A stretch of DNA of 64,000 bases from Saccostrea cucullata. Lineage: Eukaryota. The first letter of the stretch is position 1. Each line of letters opens with the position of its first letter. The position numbers and the translations under genes are program-made. The stretch is taken from assembly GCF_032062105.1 (NCBI RefSeq), contig NW_026931334.1, positions 186,001-250,000 on the forward strand, read 5' to 3'. Below, piece by piece: positions 40,028-50,384 of this stretch. Below the pieces are notes generated by a model. That model was not told where the DNA came from, made no database searches, and saw only the letters and a program-made list of their open reading frames with translations.

Positions 40028-40858
40028 GTGCGTCACGATGGCTTCTGGAGATTTTCTGGATATTTCCTAGTTAACGGTGCTTATGTCGAAGCGGTTTGGA
40101 TCGTGAGGGACGTCACCACCGGGCGTGAGATAACAAGATGGCCAATAGCTACCCTGGGCCTAGCGAGAGATGAGGGGATAAGGGTACAGAGGCAGCGAAG
40201 ACCTAGGCTGAGACAGAGAAGGCGACGATCCACCCCTTATAGACGGGCAGACGATGCTGTGGCAGAGCGATATTCCAGCCCAGAGGCTTTCAGGAACCCA
40301 TCGCCCGCGCCGATCATCACTCCTAGGAGCCCGTCCCCCCCTCGTCGACCGCCTACCCCCACCTTGTCGCCCAGTCAAAGTCCCCAGGGAGCGGCCGGAG
40401 ATTGGGACTCTGATTCGGATTGGGAGCCCCCCGTGAACGACAGCTGGGCACCTAACCAGTCCCGGGAGGAAGAGCGGTTAGTACCCCCAACCAGTTCGCC
40501 AGTGCAGAGGGGCCCAATTCCAGTCTGGGGCATCCAGCTTCCCGAGGCCCGGATTGAGAGATGCACAGTATGCCTAGAGGAGGATCAGCCCTCCAACTAC
40601 GTATGCTGTGAGTGCCGGAAGAGGCCCGCCTGTTACCGGTGCTCGGAGGTGCTGGTCACCCAGAGACCACCCCTAGGCTGCTGTCCCCTCTGCAGACGAA
40701 GGGATCGGAGGCCCCCTATGTCCAGTACCGTGGCCACCCGCGGCTTCAGGGCACCCCGCGGGGTCAGATTACAACGTCCACGTCCCTTAAGACCGCCACC
40801 CCCTACCAGTGAGGACGACAACATCGGGCATTTAGTCCAGCGGCTGCCAAGGGAGTAA
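40028..40858 (+). CDS. GC-rich intronless ORF: Arg-rich basic patch, Ser/Pro-rich region and C-terminal RING-like zinc finger; possibly frameshifted at the 5' end (true ATG at 40038)
   Basis: Frame open 39926-40858 in a sharp GC island. Cys pairs CTVC..CCEC..CYRC..CPLCR. No in-frame ATG before the finger; ATG 40038 (cacgATGg) is one base out of frame. Confidence 0.6.
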   Translation: MRHDGFWRFSGYFLVNGAYVEAVWIVRDVTTGREITRWPIATLGLARDEGIRVQRQRRPRLRQRRRRSTPYRRADDAVAERYSSPEAFRNPSPAPIITPRSPSPPRRPPTPTLSPSQSPQGAAGDWDSDSDWEPPVNDSWAPNQSREEERLVPPTSSPVQRGPIPVWGIQLPEARIERCTVCLEEDQPSNYVCCECRKRPACYRCSEVLVTQRPPLGCCPLCRRRDRRPPMSSTVATRGFRAPRGVRLQRPRPLRPPPPTSEDDNIGHLVQRLPRE

Positions 40859-40966
40859 ATCTTTCCCAAAAAATTAGATTATTTTTTTTAGAAATACAGT
40901 CAAAGAAACCATTGTGTCTTAGAAAAGATTATCTTTTAAAAAATATAGTCAAAAAAGAAACGTTAT

Positions 40967-41465
40967 CCCAGCTAACACAAAAACATTTTGAAAATGTTTT
41001 ATTTTTAAAATGTTTTTAAAACATTTTCAAAATGTTGCGAAAACATTTTTAAAAATATTTTAATCACGAGATTTTGTATGGTTTTTTAAACGTTATTAAA
41101 ACATTTTTGTGAAATATTTCAGCAAAATGTTGTCAGAACATTTTCTTAAAATGTTGCAAAAACATTTTCAATAATGTTTTAATCACGTGAATTTGTATGG
41201 TTTTTTAAACGTTTTTAAAACATTTTAGTGAAATATTTCAGCAAATGTTTCCGGAATATTTTTTTAAATGTTACAAAAACATTTTTCAACAATGTTTTAA
41301 TCACGTGATTTTGTATGGTTTTTAAAAATGTTTTTAAAACATTTTACAAAATATTTCAACAAATGTTATCATAATATTGTTTTAAAATGTAACAAAAACA
41401 TTTTCAAAAATGTTTTATTCACATTTAATTTGTTTGGTTTTTAAAACGTTTTCAAAACATTCAAA
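40967..41465. repeat. CCCAGCTAACAC terminus followed by a ~119-bp tandem repeat (~3.7 units) rich in AAAACATTTT/AAAATGTTTT; CACTA/EnSpm-like subterminal region
   Basis: Unit anchors AATCACG.G...TTTGTATGGTTTT at ~41062, 41181, 41299 and a degenerate one at ~41417. The partner TIR was not found, so the superfamily is inferred. Confidence 0.6.
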
Positions 41466-43222
41466 TCGAGGTTAAAAAGGAATTTTTCCTGAAATTTTAC
41501 TTTTTCTCACTAAATAATGATATATTTATATTTTAAAAGAAATAAACACAAATTATATTTAATTTTTGAACCTTTAATATAAACCCATATTCAATATGTT
41601 AATCACATTTAAATTCCATTCTCGGTACAAGTTTTAATTTATTTTCTTTCAAGTCACCGGGTTTTTAAAGGTTGAAAACGGCGTCTTATCCATTCACTGA
41701 ATTTTAAAAGAACAGAATCACAGAAATCCTATGTTCTCTGTATAGGTCAAACAGAGCGGCGGATCTACAAGACTTAGTTAGAATCACATGAACTGAAAAG
41801 GCTGATAAGGAATCTGCCCCTCGAAAAGAATAGCACAACCTGTAAAGATAAGGAAAATTGTGTTTGTATCAGCGTTCTACATCTAATGTATCTTTAAGAT
41901 GATCAATGTCTTGCCTCATTTGCATTGAAAAAAGCAGAAAAATAATTACTATGACAATATTATTGAAGAGTAATAGTATTTACGTACACGTTTGCCTTCA
42001 CCAATGGCGGGTCTTTTGAATGTGGGAATTTGAAAATACGGATGATGTAACCAACACCATGCTGTAAAGAAATTTCATTTTTAAATCAACATATTGTTTG
42101 ATGATTAATATTTCACAAATAAAGTGAATACTTGAATCAAGGTGTAATATTATTGTAAATAATATGTTTTATGCATTCATTTATAATTTTACATTTCTGT
42201 GGTTAGAATGTAGTGTTTGTAATATATTTTTGTATATCACAGGTTTCAGGGTTAACAAAGTTAGGTAATGCATAGGCTCAGGTTTCGGGGTTTTGCGGTA
42301 ATTAGACGTTAGATATTGTCACAGATGTCACGTGATTGTCATCACTGTTGATGCATCAAGTGTTGGTACACGTTATTTTTTGTACGAAAAGCATACCCTC
42401 CACCACCCCATACAACCATCCCTTAGGTTAAGCTTTAATTTGGGATGTAAATGTATTTCATACTTTAGTTTGTTTTATGGCCTATTGTTTGTTGCCACCT
42501 TATTTTTCAGCTTAAATGTTTGATATGATAAATTTGTGTTTTTGAGTATTGTCATGATGTCATTTTAATTTTTGGGAGATCCATAACATGGTGTAGATAC
42601 TAATTGTAGAGAGTCATAGGATCTCCAAAATTTCATGTGTTTCATTTATGTCATCAATAAATGACATATCTACAACAATACTCATACTTGCTTCTTCATT
42701 CAATCTGAATAATAACAGAGCTGCGGGAAACTCAGTTTTTAATTTGCTTTATTATCATATGGAAAGCATAAATATAACTGTGTTGCCTTAAGAATGAAAT
42801 ATTCAAATCAAATACATGTATATAACCTTAAATTGCTACATACCTTTGTACAAAGTTATTGATCATGCACTGGTAGTATAAAAGTCATTTTTAAAGTCAA
42901 CGATAAAGGAATAATTCTTACCATTCAAAGTTAATAAATCCCGAGGTTATTACCGGCCGCCAGGAGGCGGTCGGTTATATGATATGAAAGTTTGAAGTCG
43001 CTGAGCGTTTCTGCGGAGTTTAAATAAAAAATATTTAAAATTAATATAATAGTATATTAAAAAGAGCGTCTAAATGTTTATCAAGAACGCACAATAAACA
43101 TAAAATTAATTTTTTTTTTTATAAAGAATGAGGGAAATATTTCATCCAATCCTGATTGAGTAACTTTGACATGTTTGAGGTGCGGTGAAAATTAGGACAT
43201 GTGTGTTGGGTATAGTCTAAAG

Positions 43223-43844
43223 TGTAACGTGTTTGCCTAACACATATAATATATGATTTTTCTCTGGGTCTAGGGCCCCCTCAGATACCTTGCTGAGGAA
43301 TTTGATTGTTGACTGAAACTTATTTACATATGCAAAATATACAGATATCGGGTGCTTCCCTAGCACGCAAATAAACGAAATAATTAATTAAACCGCCTCT
43401 TAATCAGTTGAGCTTCTATCTCTGAAGCGACTTCCAGAAGCGCCACAAAGAAACAACCAACGCGCCAGCACGTCGCTTCTCCCAGAAGCGACAGGTTACT
43501 CTTAGATTAATACAGAAAGTCCGTTTATGCAACGCTCACGTAGACTGTTACATACTACTGGGTAAAACCTGTTCTGCACATCGCATAGCAATTATGACTT
43601 ATGAACAGACTTACCGCTGTTGTCTATCTCAAACTATATAGGCCTTCCGGACTTCTTCTCTGGCACTTTATCGCATCAGTAACCGCATCAGAAACTGACT
43701 CTATCGAGTCTCGACGCCTTATATATACTATGAGTATATCACGTGACATACCCACTCGGAATGTCTGGGAACCTGGCGTTTTACGAGCTCAGAGTCCCTT
43801 CGGAACGCCCTGTCTCCTTCCTTTAATTATCTATTTCCGTTACA
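43223..43844 (-). repeat. 3' LTR of the Gypsy element
   Basis: Direct repeat of 49122-49743 with about 4 substitutions seen by eye; purine-rich GAGGCGTGGGTAA immediately upstream on the minus strand (candidate PPT). Confidence 0.96.
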
Positions 43845-43998
43845 TTACCCACGCCTCAGATTCAAGTGTCCTCGCTTGCATAGGAAAATAAAACAAAGAG
43901 ACATATTATAGACCGTTTTTCTTATTTACAATGATTCGAATGCTGTCAATTCCTTTGACAAGTAAGCTGTATATACATATACTACATCAATAACCAGT

Positions 43999-46900
43999 CT
44001 AGCAAAGATCTACTACATAATCTGATAAATAAGCAGGAGTCCGTCTGCTTCTACTAGATCTTTGGGGATTCTGATTGATCTCTGGATCATTAACACCCTC
44101 TCTATCAAAGTCCAACTCTTCTAACTGATCTTGTTGTAACGTGAGATTTTCATTCTGGTCGACATCACCAGAATCACTTAGTTCTACCTCACCAGACAGA
44201 ATCTGAGGTTTAACCAACCTCATTCTGTCTACATGTATCACCTGTGGCGACCCTTTACTACCACAAGATAATTTGTACGTGAATTCGGAACATTTTTCTA
44301 GAACTTCGAAAGGTCCTTGCCAAAAGCTTGTCAGCTTTGGCGTAGTACCCATACGTCTGCGAGGAAAGAATACGTAAACGTGGTCTCTTGGAGAGAATCT
44401 CTGCCACCGTAACTTCTTGTCATGGTAGCGTTTTTGACGCATCATTTCCCCTCTAGTATTTTCCCTCACAATACGGTGTGCTTCTTCCAGTCTCTCCTGA
44501 AGCAACCAGGCCCATCTATTCTGTGGAATTGGCTTTCGCTGTACCTCCATTTCGTATACGAGGTCTAGAGGCGTTGTCGCTTCTCTACCAAGCATAAGGT
44601 AGTTTGGGGAGAAGCCAGTGGTGTCATGCTCCGCTGATCTATATGCCATCATGACATACGGCAACTGTTCGTCCCAATCTGTACGATTTTTGTTCACGCA
44701 GGAACTTAACATGGCTTCTAGAGTTCGATTAAACCTTTCCACCATACCATCTGACTGCGGATGGTAGGGTGTAGTGCGAGTCTTTTCTATTTGCAGTAGT
44801 TCGCACACCGAACGGAACAAATCACTCTCGTATTGACGGCCTTGATCTGAGTGTATTGTATAGGGTACTCCGAATCTAGTGATGACTTGTTCAACTAGAA
44901 TCTTTGCCACAGTTTTTGATTCCATATTTGGCATTGGAAAACATTCAGTCCAGCGAGTAAAATAATCTGAAACTACCAGTATGTATCTGTTTCCAGATTC
45001 TGTCAATGGCAATTCCCCCATAATATCTGTTGCTATTCTATCCATGGGGAATCCATTCTGAACAATTTGCATCGGCGCTTTCTGGCTAGTAAATGATGGC
45101 TTTCTTCTGGCACAGATGTCACATCCATTTATATACCGACGAACATCTTTGTTAAGCCCTGGCCAATAAAATTGACTTCTTATCTTGGCGATGGTTTTGT
45201 TTATACCTAGGTGACCTGCAGTACGCTTGTCATGGTATTCCTTTAGAATATGCCTTCTCTCAGACATAGGCACTATTATCTGGAGCTTTTCCATCTTTGT
45301 CTCTTGGTTAATGGTTCTCCGATATAATAAATCGTCTTGAATGGTTAGTAAACTTAGCTGTGACCATAGAGAACGTAGAAATGCACTTTGACTAGCAACT
45401 TCTCTAAATGATGGTTTCTTTTCCTGATCCATCCAACGTTTTACAAGAACAATTTCTTTGTCTTCTCTTTGGACCCTATGGAGATAAGTCTCTTGAATAA
45501 CTGAGGCGTCTATTGTTGCAGTTCTTACTTTGGGTTCTTCTTTTTCCTTATCCCAGTCTACTTTGAATCCACATTGCTTACAAGGAAGACGACTAAGCGC
45601 GTCGGCGTTTTGGTGTAGCTTGCCTGGTCGATGTTGGATCTCTATGTCATACGTGGACAGCACTTCAAGCCAGCGAGCAAGCTGTCCCTCTGGATTTTTA
45701 AAGTTGGTCAGCCATCTCAGCGAGCTGTGGTCCGTGCGCAAAATAAACTTACGCCCGTAGAGGTAATGCTTAAAATACTTAGTAAAATATACTGCCGCCA
45801 GCAACTCTTTTCTCGTCACGCAGTATTGCCTTTCAGACTTTGTAAAAGTCTTACTGGCGTAGGCAATCACTCGTTCTTTACCATCGTGCACTTGCGACAA
45901 TACTGCTCCCATTGCAAAGTTACTTGCGTCCGTGTCCAATATGAACGGCTTACTAAAGTCAGGATGTGCAAGGATGGGGGCACTTGTCAATGTAGCTTTT
46001 AACTTTTCGAAAGCACTTTGGCAATCCTCACTCCAAACGAAAGATTTGCTTTTCTCTGTCTGTTTGTGAAGGGGTTTTGCTATACTCGCAAAGTCTTTCA
46101 CAAACTTCCTGTAGTAGCTACATATACCCAGGAATGAACGTAGCTCACTCACATTGGCTGGCACTGACATTTCCTTAATCGCCTCAATCTTCTTTGGATC
46201 CGTAGTAATACCCTTCTCGGAAATTATGTGTCCGAGATATTCTACAGACTTGCAAAACAAGGAACACTTCTTGGTCTTCAGTTTCAAGCCTGCATTTGCC
46301 AATCGGTCGAACACTTTGCTCAGGTTCTCCACCATGCCCTCAAATGTCTTACTAATGACGATGATATCGTCCAAGTAAATCAAACATATTTCCCAGTTCA
46401 ACCCTGCAAGGACTGTCTCCATCAATCTTTCAAATGTCGCTCCGGCATTGCACAAGCCGAAGGGCATCACTTTAAATTGATACAATCCTTTTCTTGTGGC
46501 AAAAGCAGTCTTTATTTTGTCACTGGTCTCCATTTCCACCTGCCAGTATCCCATAGCCAAGTCGAGAGTTGAAAACCACGAAGCACCACTTAGACTATCT
46601 AACATGTGATCAATCCTCGGAAGAGGGTAAGCATCTTTCAAAGTAACCGCATTTAATCGCCTATAATCTATACAAAATCGAGTTGATCCATCCTTCTTCT
46701 TCATTAGAACGATACCCGAGGCCCACGGACTAGACGAAGGTTCAATTACATCCCTCTCAAGCATATCGTCCACCAACCTATCTGCTTCTTCTCTCATGTG
46801 TACCGGTAACCGTCTTGGTGGCTGTTTTATTGGGCGTGCGTCTCCCGTGTCGATACAATGCTTGACAACATTTGTTCTGCCAAGTCCATCATCTGAACCA

Positions 46901-49008
46901 GCAAACAGAAAAGCATATCTGGATAACAGTTTATCTACTTCAGTCTTCTGTTTTTGGTTTAAGCACGTTTTTGACTTTTCACTTAAGACCTGCAGCTCTT
47001 TTGAAAAAGGTTTCTTATGACCGCTATCTTGATTTTCTCCTTCTAATATCTTTACCACGGGGCTAAGCTGTCCCATATTTGTTCCCTTGTAAATCGTCTG
47101 TGCATCGGTCGATAGATTCATAACTCGTATTGGAACCTTATTATGATTGCTCACCAGAGTTCTGCCAACCAAACCTTTATTTGAATCTAGCAAACAATTC
47201 CTTGGCTCTACAACACCATATCCACTTGGAAGGTTCTTGCCCTCTGGTACGCATACGTCACAGCTTGCAATCATTTCACTTCTTGGTGGTATAGTGAACG
47301 ATTCTGAAGCCACCACCCGATAACATCCTAGCATACCTTGAAGCAGTAAAGAATAATGTTCACCATTTATTGACATTACTTTCTTGGAGACGTCCAACTT
47401 GCAATTTTGTTCATTCATGAAATCCAGACCCAAGATTCCATCCACTGTTATATCAGCGACCACCACTGTTCTCACAAAGTTACTCGAACCGATTGTTAAG
47501 GTTAATGTAGCTTTGCCAAAAAGTTTTAGAGGTCTACCTTCAGCAGACATTATGTCTTGGTGCATACTATCCAAAACAAGATTTTGATGAACCTTTTGTA
47601 TTTCACTGAAGACATTCTTTGAAATGAGCGTAACGGTTGCTCCTGTATCGATCAACAATTTTGTGTCTACATCTTCTATATTAGCTGAGAGATACATTCC
47701 AGCCTCACTTGGTCTATTGTAAGCAATTGGTTGCAGCTTACGTTGTGTTCTAACTGTCTTAGCAGAACAATGACCCGGTGCTTTAGAGTTTTTGCCAAAC
47801 TTCTTCGTTGTTTCGTTTAGCTGCTTCGAAGGACAATGTTTGCTAATGTGTCCTTCTTTACGACAATTGTAGCACTTTATTGTTCTTGGGGGTTGCCGTG
47901 GCTTCTTGTCATTGCGATCCGTCCAGTTCATTGAGCTAAGTGACTTACTCTTCATTTCACGCATTTCTGTCTTAAGTTCCATAACAGAACTTTGCAAATC
48001 TCTAAGAGTTTTGGTCAGCTCGTCGGTATTTATCTGGGATTTGAACTGAACATTATCGTGATCTGTTTCTGTAACTACACGCAAGTGTGACTTGTATTCC
48101 GATCTTCTGGAGTCAGCTCTGACAAAGGCTTCTAATTCAACCGCTAGCCTTATAGCGTCGTTCAAACTCTGGGGTCTAGCTTGTTTAATTCTAAGACGCA
48201 TGTCTGCATCAACCAAAGCATCGATAAACTGTTCCTTAGATAAAGTCTCCTGAACGTCGTTTGGTGCTGTAGGATAGGCAAGATGTGTTAGCCTCCGAAT
48301 TGACTGTCCTAATTCTGGGAGCGTCTCAGTCGCTTTCTGTCTTCGTTCTCGTAGTTGAACTCTGTATAGTTCTGTCTGGTTTGCAGGGGCAAAACGATCC
48401 TCAAGCGCCTTAATCAGTTCATCATAGTTCCTTCCATCATCTCTACTCAAATTCCCAAGCACTCCCTGTGCTTGTCCCCTCAGAGAGACTGCTAAATAAA
48501 GACCCTTTTCTCTAACGCTCCAACCATTCAATGAAGAGCACGCCTCAAAGTGTGATTTATAATCAAGCCACGACCCAATCCCGTCATACGTAGCTGGTTT
48601 AATATAATTAGATGGCTTCTTTACCGTACTCTCTTCCTTTGGTTTTGCTTCGTTATTAGTATTTTCAAGGAAGCGCCGTAGTCTGACTGTTACTCCTGGT
48701 TCATCCTCTCTGGCCTTGATATTTGTGTCGCTTCTTAAAATGGGATCTTGTTCTAAATTGCCAATTCCTGGTGTCTCACGAAGAATTCCACTATGCACTC
48801 TAGCCGAAGCTTGGTTAACATCTTCTATAGGACTTTGGGTCATTATTCCTGAGTCGCTTCTACGAGCTGCAGTCGTTCTTATACTAGCTGGAGTAGACGT
48901 TCTCTGATCATGATTGTACGAGGATAATTCAGAATTCTCAAGCGTCTTCCTTCCTAAACGTGTAATTTCGGCTTCCAACCTTGCTATTTCTTCGTCTAAG
49001 CTCGACAT
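43999..49008 (-). CDS. Gag-Pol polyprotein (CCHC knuckle, aspartic protease, dUTPase-like insert, RT, RNase H, integrase)
   Basis: First ATG at 49008 (the track starts at an upstream TTG). Motifs: CYNCRKEGHISKHC, LIDTGA, MPFGL/YLDD, DTDAS, H-x6-H...CDIC, ATDIMG/HSDQG/GMVER, WQGPF. Confidence 0.96.
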   Translation of the reverse strand: MSSLDEEIARLEAEITRLGRKTLENSELSSYNHDQRTSTPASIRTTAARRSDSGIMTQSPIEDVNQASARVHSGILRETPGIGNLEQDPILRSDTNIKAREDEPGVTVRLRRFLENTNNEAKPKEESTVKKPSNYIKPATYDGIGSWLDYKSHFEACSSLNGWSVREKGLYLAVSLRGQAQGVLGNLSRDDGRNYDELIKALEDRFAPANQTELYRVQLRERRQKATETLPELGQSIRRLTHLAYPTAPNDVQETLSKEQFIDALVDADMRLRIKQARPQSLNDAIRLAVELEAFVRADSRRSEYKSHLRVVTETDHDNVQFKSQINTDELTKTLRDLQSSVMELKTEMREMKSKSLSSMNWTDRNDKKPRQPPRTIKCYNCRKEGHISKHCPSKQLNETTKKFGKNSKAPGHCSAKTVRTQRKLQPIAYNRPSEAGMYLSANIEDVDTKLLIDTGATVTLISKNVFSEIQKVHQNLVLDSMHQDIMSAEGRPLKLFGKATLTLTIGSSNFVRTVVVADITVDGILGLDFMNEQNCKLDVSKKVMSINGEHYSLLLQGMLGCYRVVASESFTIPPRSEMIASCDVCVPEGKNLPSGYGVVEPRNCLLDSNKGLVGRTLVSNHNKVPIRVMNLSTDAQTIYKGTNMGQLSPVVKILEGENQDSGHKKPFSKELQVLSEKSKTCLNQKQKTEVDKLLSRYAFLFAGSDDGLGRTNVVKHCIDTGDARPIKQPPRRLPVHMREEADRLVDDMLERDVIEPSSSPWASGIVLMKKKDGSTRFCIDYRRLNAVTLKDAYPLPRIDHMLDSLSGASWFSTLDLAMGYWQVEMETSDKIKTAFATRKGLYQFKVMPFGLCNAGATFERLMETVLAGLNWEICLIYLDDIIVISKTFEGMVENLSKVFDRLANAGLKLKTKKCSLFCKSVEYLGHIISEKGITTDPKKIEAIKEMSVPANVSELRSFLGICSYYRKFVKDFASIAKPLHKQTEKSKSFVWSEDCQSAFEKLKATLTSAPILAHPDFSKPFILDTDASNFAMGAVLSQVHDGKERVIAYASKTFTKSERQYCVTRKELLAAVYFTKYFKHYLYGRKFILRTDHSSLRWLTNFKNPEGQLARWLEVLSTYDIEIQHRPGKLHQNADALSRLPCKQCGFKVDWDKEKEEPKVRTATIDASVIQETYLHRVQREDKEIVLVKRWMDQEKKPSFREVASQSAFLRSLWSQLSLLTIQDDLLYRRTINQETKMEKLQIIVPMSERRHILKEYHDKRTAGHLGINKTIAKIRSQFYWPGLNKDVRRYINGCDICARRKPSFTSQKAPMQIVQNGFPMDRIATDIMGELPLTESGNRYILVVSDYFTRWTECFPMPNMESKTVAKILVEQVITRFGVPYTIHSDQGRQYESDLFRSVCELLQIEKTRTTPYHPQSDGMVERFNRTLEAMLSSCVNKNRTDWDEQLPYVMMAYRSAEHDTTGFSPNYLMLGREATTPLDLVYEMEVQRKPIPQNRWAWLLQERLEEAHRIVRENTRGEMMRQKRYHDKKLRWQRFSPRDHVYVFFPRRRMGTTPKLTSFWQGPFEVLEKCSEFTYKLSCGSKGSPQVIHVDRMRLVKPQILSGEVELSDSGDVDQNENLTLQQDQLEELDFDREGVNDPEINQNPQRSSRSRRTPAYLSDYVVDLC

Positions 49009-49098
49009 TTTTTTCAAAGCAACGAAACTTTACAAATAATGAAACATAAGAAATATATTTAGTTTACTATTTTTAATTCAATCAAGCAACCAAATCAA

Positions 49099-49116
49099 GC
49101 CCCACGTTGGGCGCCA
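49099..49116 (-). promoter_or_regulatory. Primer-binding site complementary to tRNA-Lys(CUU)
   Basis: Minus strand TGGCGCCCAACGTGGGGC, the classic Lys1,2 PBS, 5 nt after the 5' LTR. Confidence 0.92.
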
Positions 49117-49121
49117 TTTTC

Positions 49122-49743
49122 TGTAACGTGTTTGCCTAACACATATAATATATGATTTTTCTCTGGGTCTAGGGCCCCCTCAGATACCTTGCTGAGGAAT
49201 TTGATTGTTGACTGAAACTTATTTACATATGCAAAATATACAGATATCGGGTGCTTCCCTAGCACGCAAATAAACGAAATAATTAATTAAACCGCCTCTT
49301 AATCAGTTGAGCTTCTATCTCTGAAGCGACTTCCAGAAGCGCCACAAAGAAACAACCAAAGCGCCAGCACGTCGCTTCTCCCAGAAGCGACAGGTTACTC
49401 TTAGATTAATACAGAAAGTCCGTTTATGCAACGCTCACGTAGACTGTTACATACTACTGGGTAAAACCTGTTCTGCTTATCGCATAGCAATTATGACTTA
49501 TGAACAGACTTACCGCTGTTGTCTATCTCAAACTATATAGGCCTTCCGGACTTCTTCTCTGGCACTTTATCGCATCAGTAACTGCATCAGAAACTGACTC
49601 TATCGAGTCTCGACGCCTTATATATACTATGAGTATATCACGTGACATACCCACTCGGAATGTCTGGGAACCTGGCGTTTTACGAGCTCAGAGTCCCTTC
49701 GGAACGCCCTGTCTCCTTCCTTTAATTATCTATTTCCGTTACA
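49122..49743 (-). repeat. 5' LTR of the Gypsy element
   Basis: TG...CA ends; TATA-like TATATATAAG on the minus strand near 49617-49626; followed by the PBS. Confidence 0.96.
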
Positions 49744-50384
49744 AAAGCAAAGACCGTTATACAATTATACTTTCTCTATTTAAACAGGATTTGTTGTACA
49801 TATTTATTTTAAAATAAAGTGTACACATGTACATATATAAACATTTTCAAAAATATGGTTAAATGTTAATTCATCAAAATACCTAGCAGGCTACAGAATA
49901 TTACAAGATTTGGCCCTAGCAGACGAGGAAAATGCACGTTTTACAATGTGCTAAGAATTTTTCCGCTACAACTCAAAGAAACTGAAAGAGTTGTAGATTA
50001 CATTAAACTTTAGTTTTAAACTTTTTATGTAAATGTCTCTTAATTATACAGGCCCACGCTTTGTTGACGCGGAGGACCAGGGGTACTTTGCTTATACATG
50101 TAATACTGAACATGCATTTATAATTAAGAAAATCATGCAATGTCGTGCACAAGCGTTTAATGTCACAAGGATATATATTAACAGATAAATATAAGATATT
50201 TTAAAAACAGATCACCATTTCAGTCTTTCGTTGCTTCAGAAAAGGAACAATTAATTGGTTTGCGGCCGATTTTTGACGCTTGCGTCAATATATGTTTATT
50301 GTTATTGTGGTTTTATGGTACAAAGTCTTCTCATTCAAATCGGCACGGAATAAGCGCCATATTTTTGGGGACCGGTATACTAGA

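Larger units (their letters stand above)
43223..49743 (-). mobile_element. Full-length Ty3/Gypsy LTR retrotransposon
   Basis: Two 622-bp TGTAAC...GTTACA LTRs; 4-bp TSD AAAG (43219-43222, 49744-49747); PBS; uninterrupted gag-pol ORF in PR-RT-RH-IN order. Confidence 0.97.

Noticed and set aside
40980-41465. CRISPR-like array
   Set aside because: Eukaryotic context, whole units are repeated with no unique spacers, and there are no cas genes.
43601-49817. Plus-strand ORFs in the LTRs and antisense to pol
   Set aside because: They are shadow ORFs. The two LTR ORFs match only because the LTRs are duplicates.
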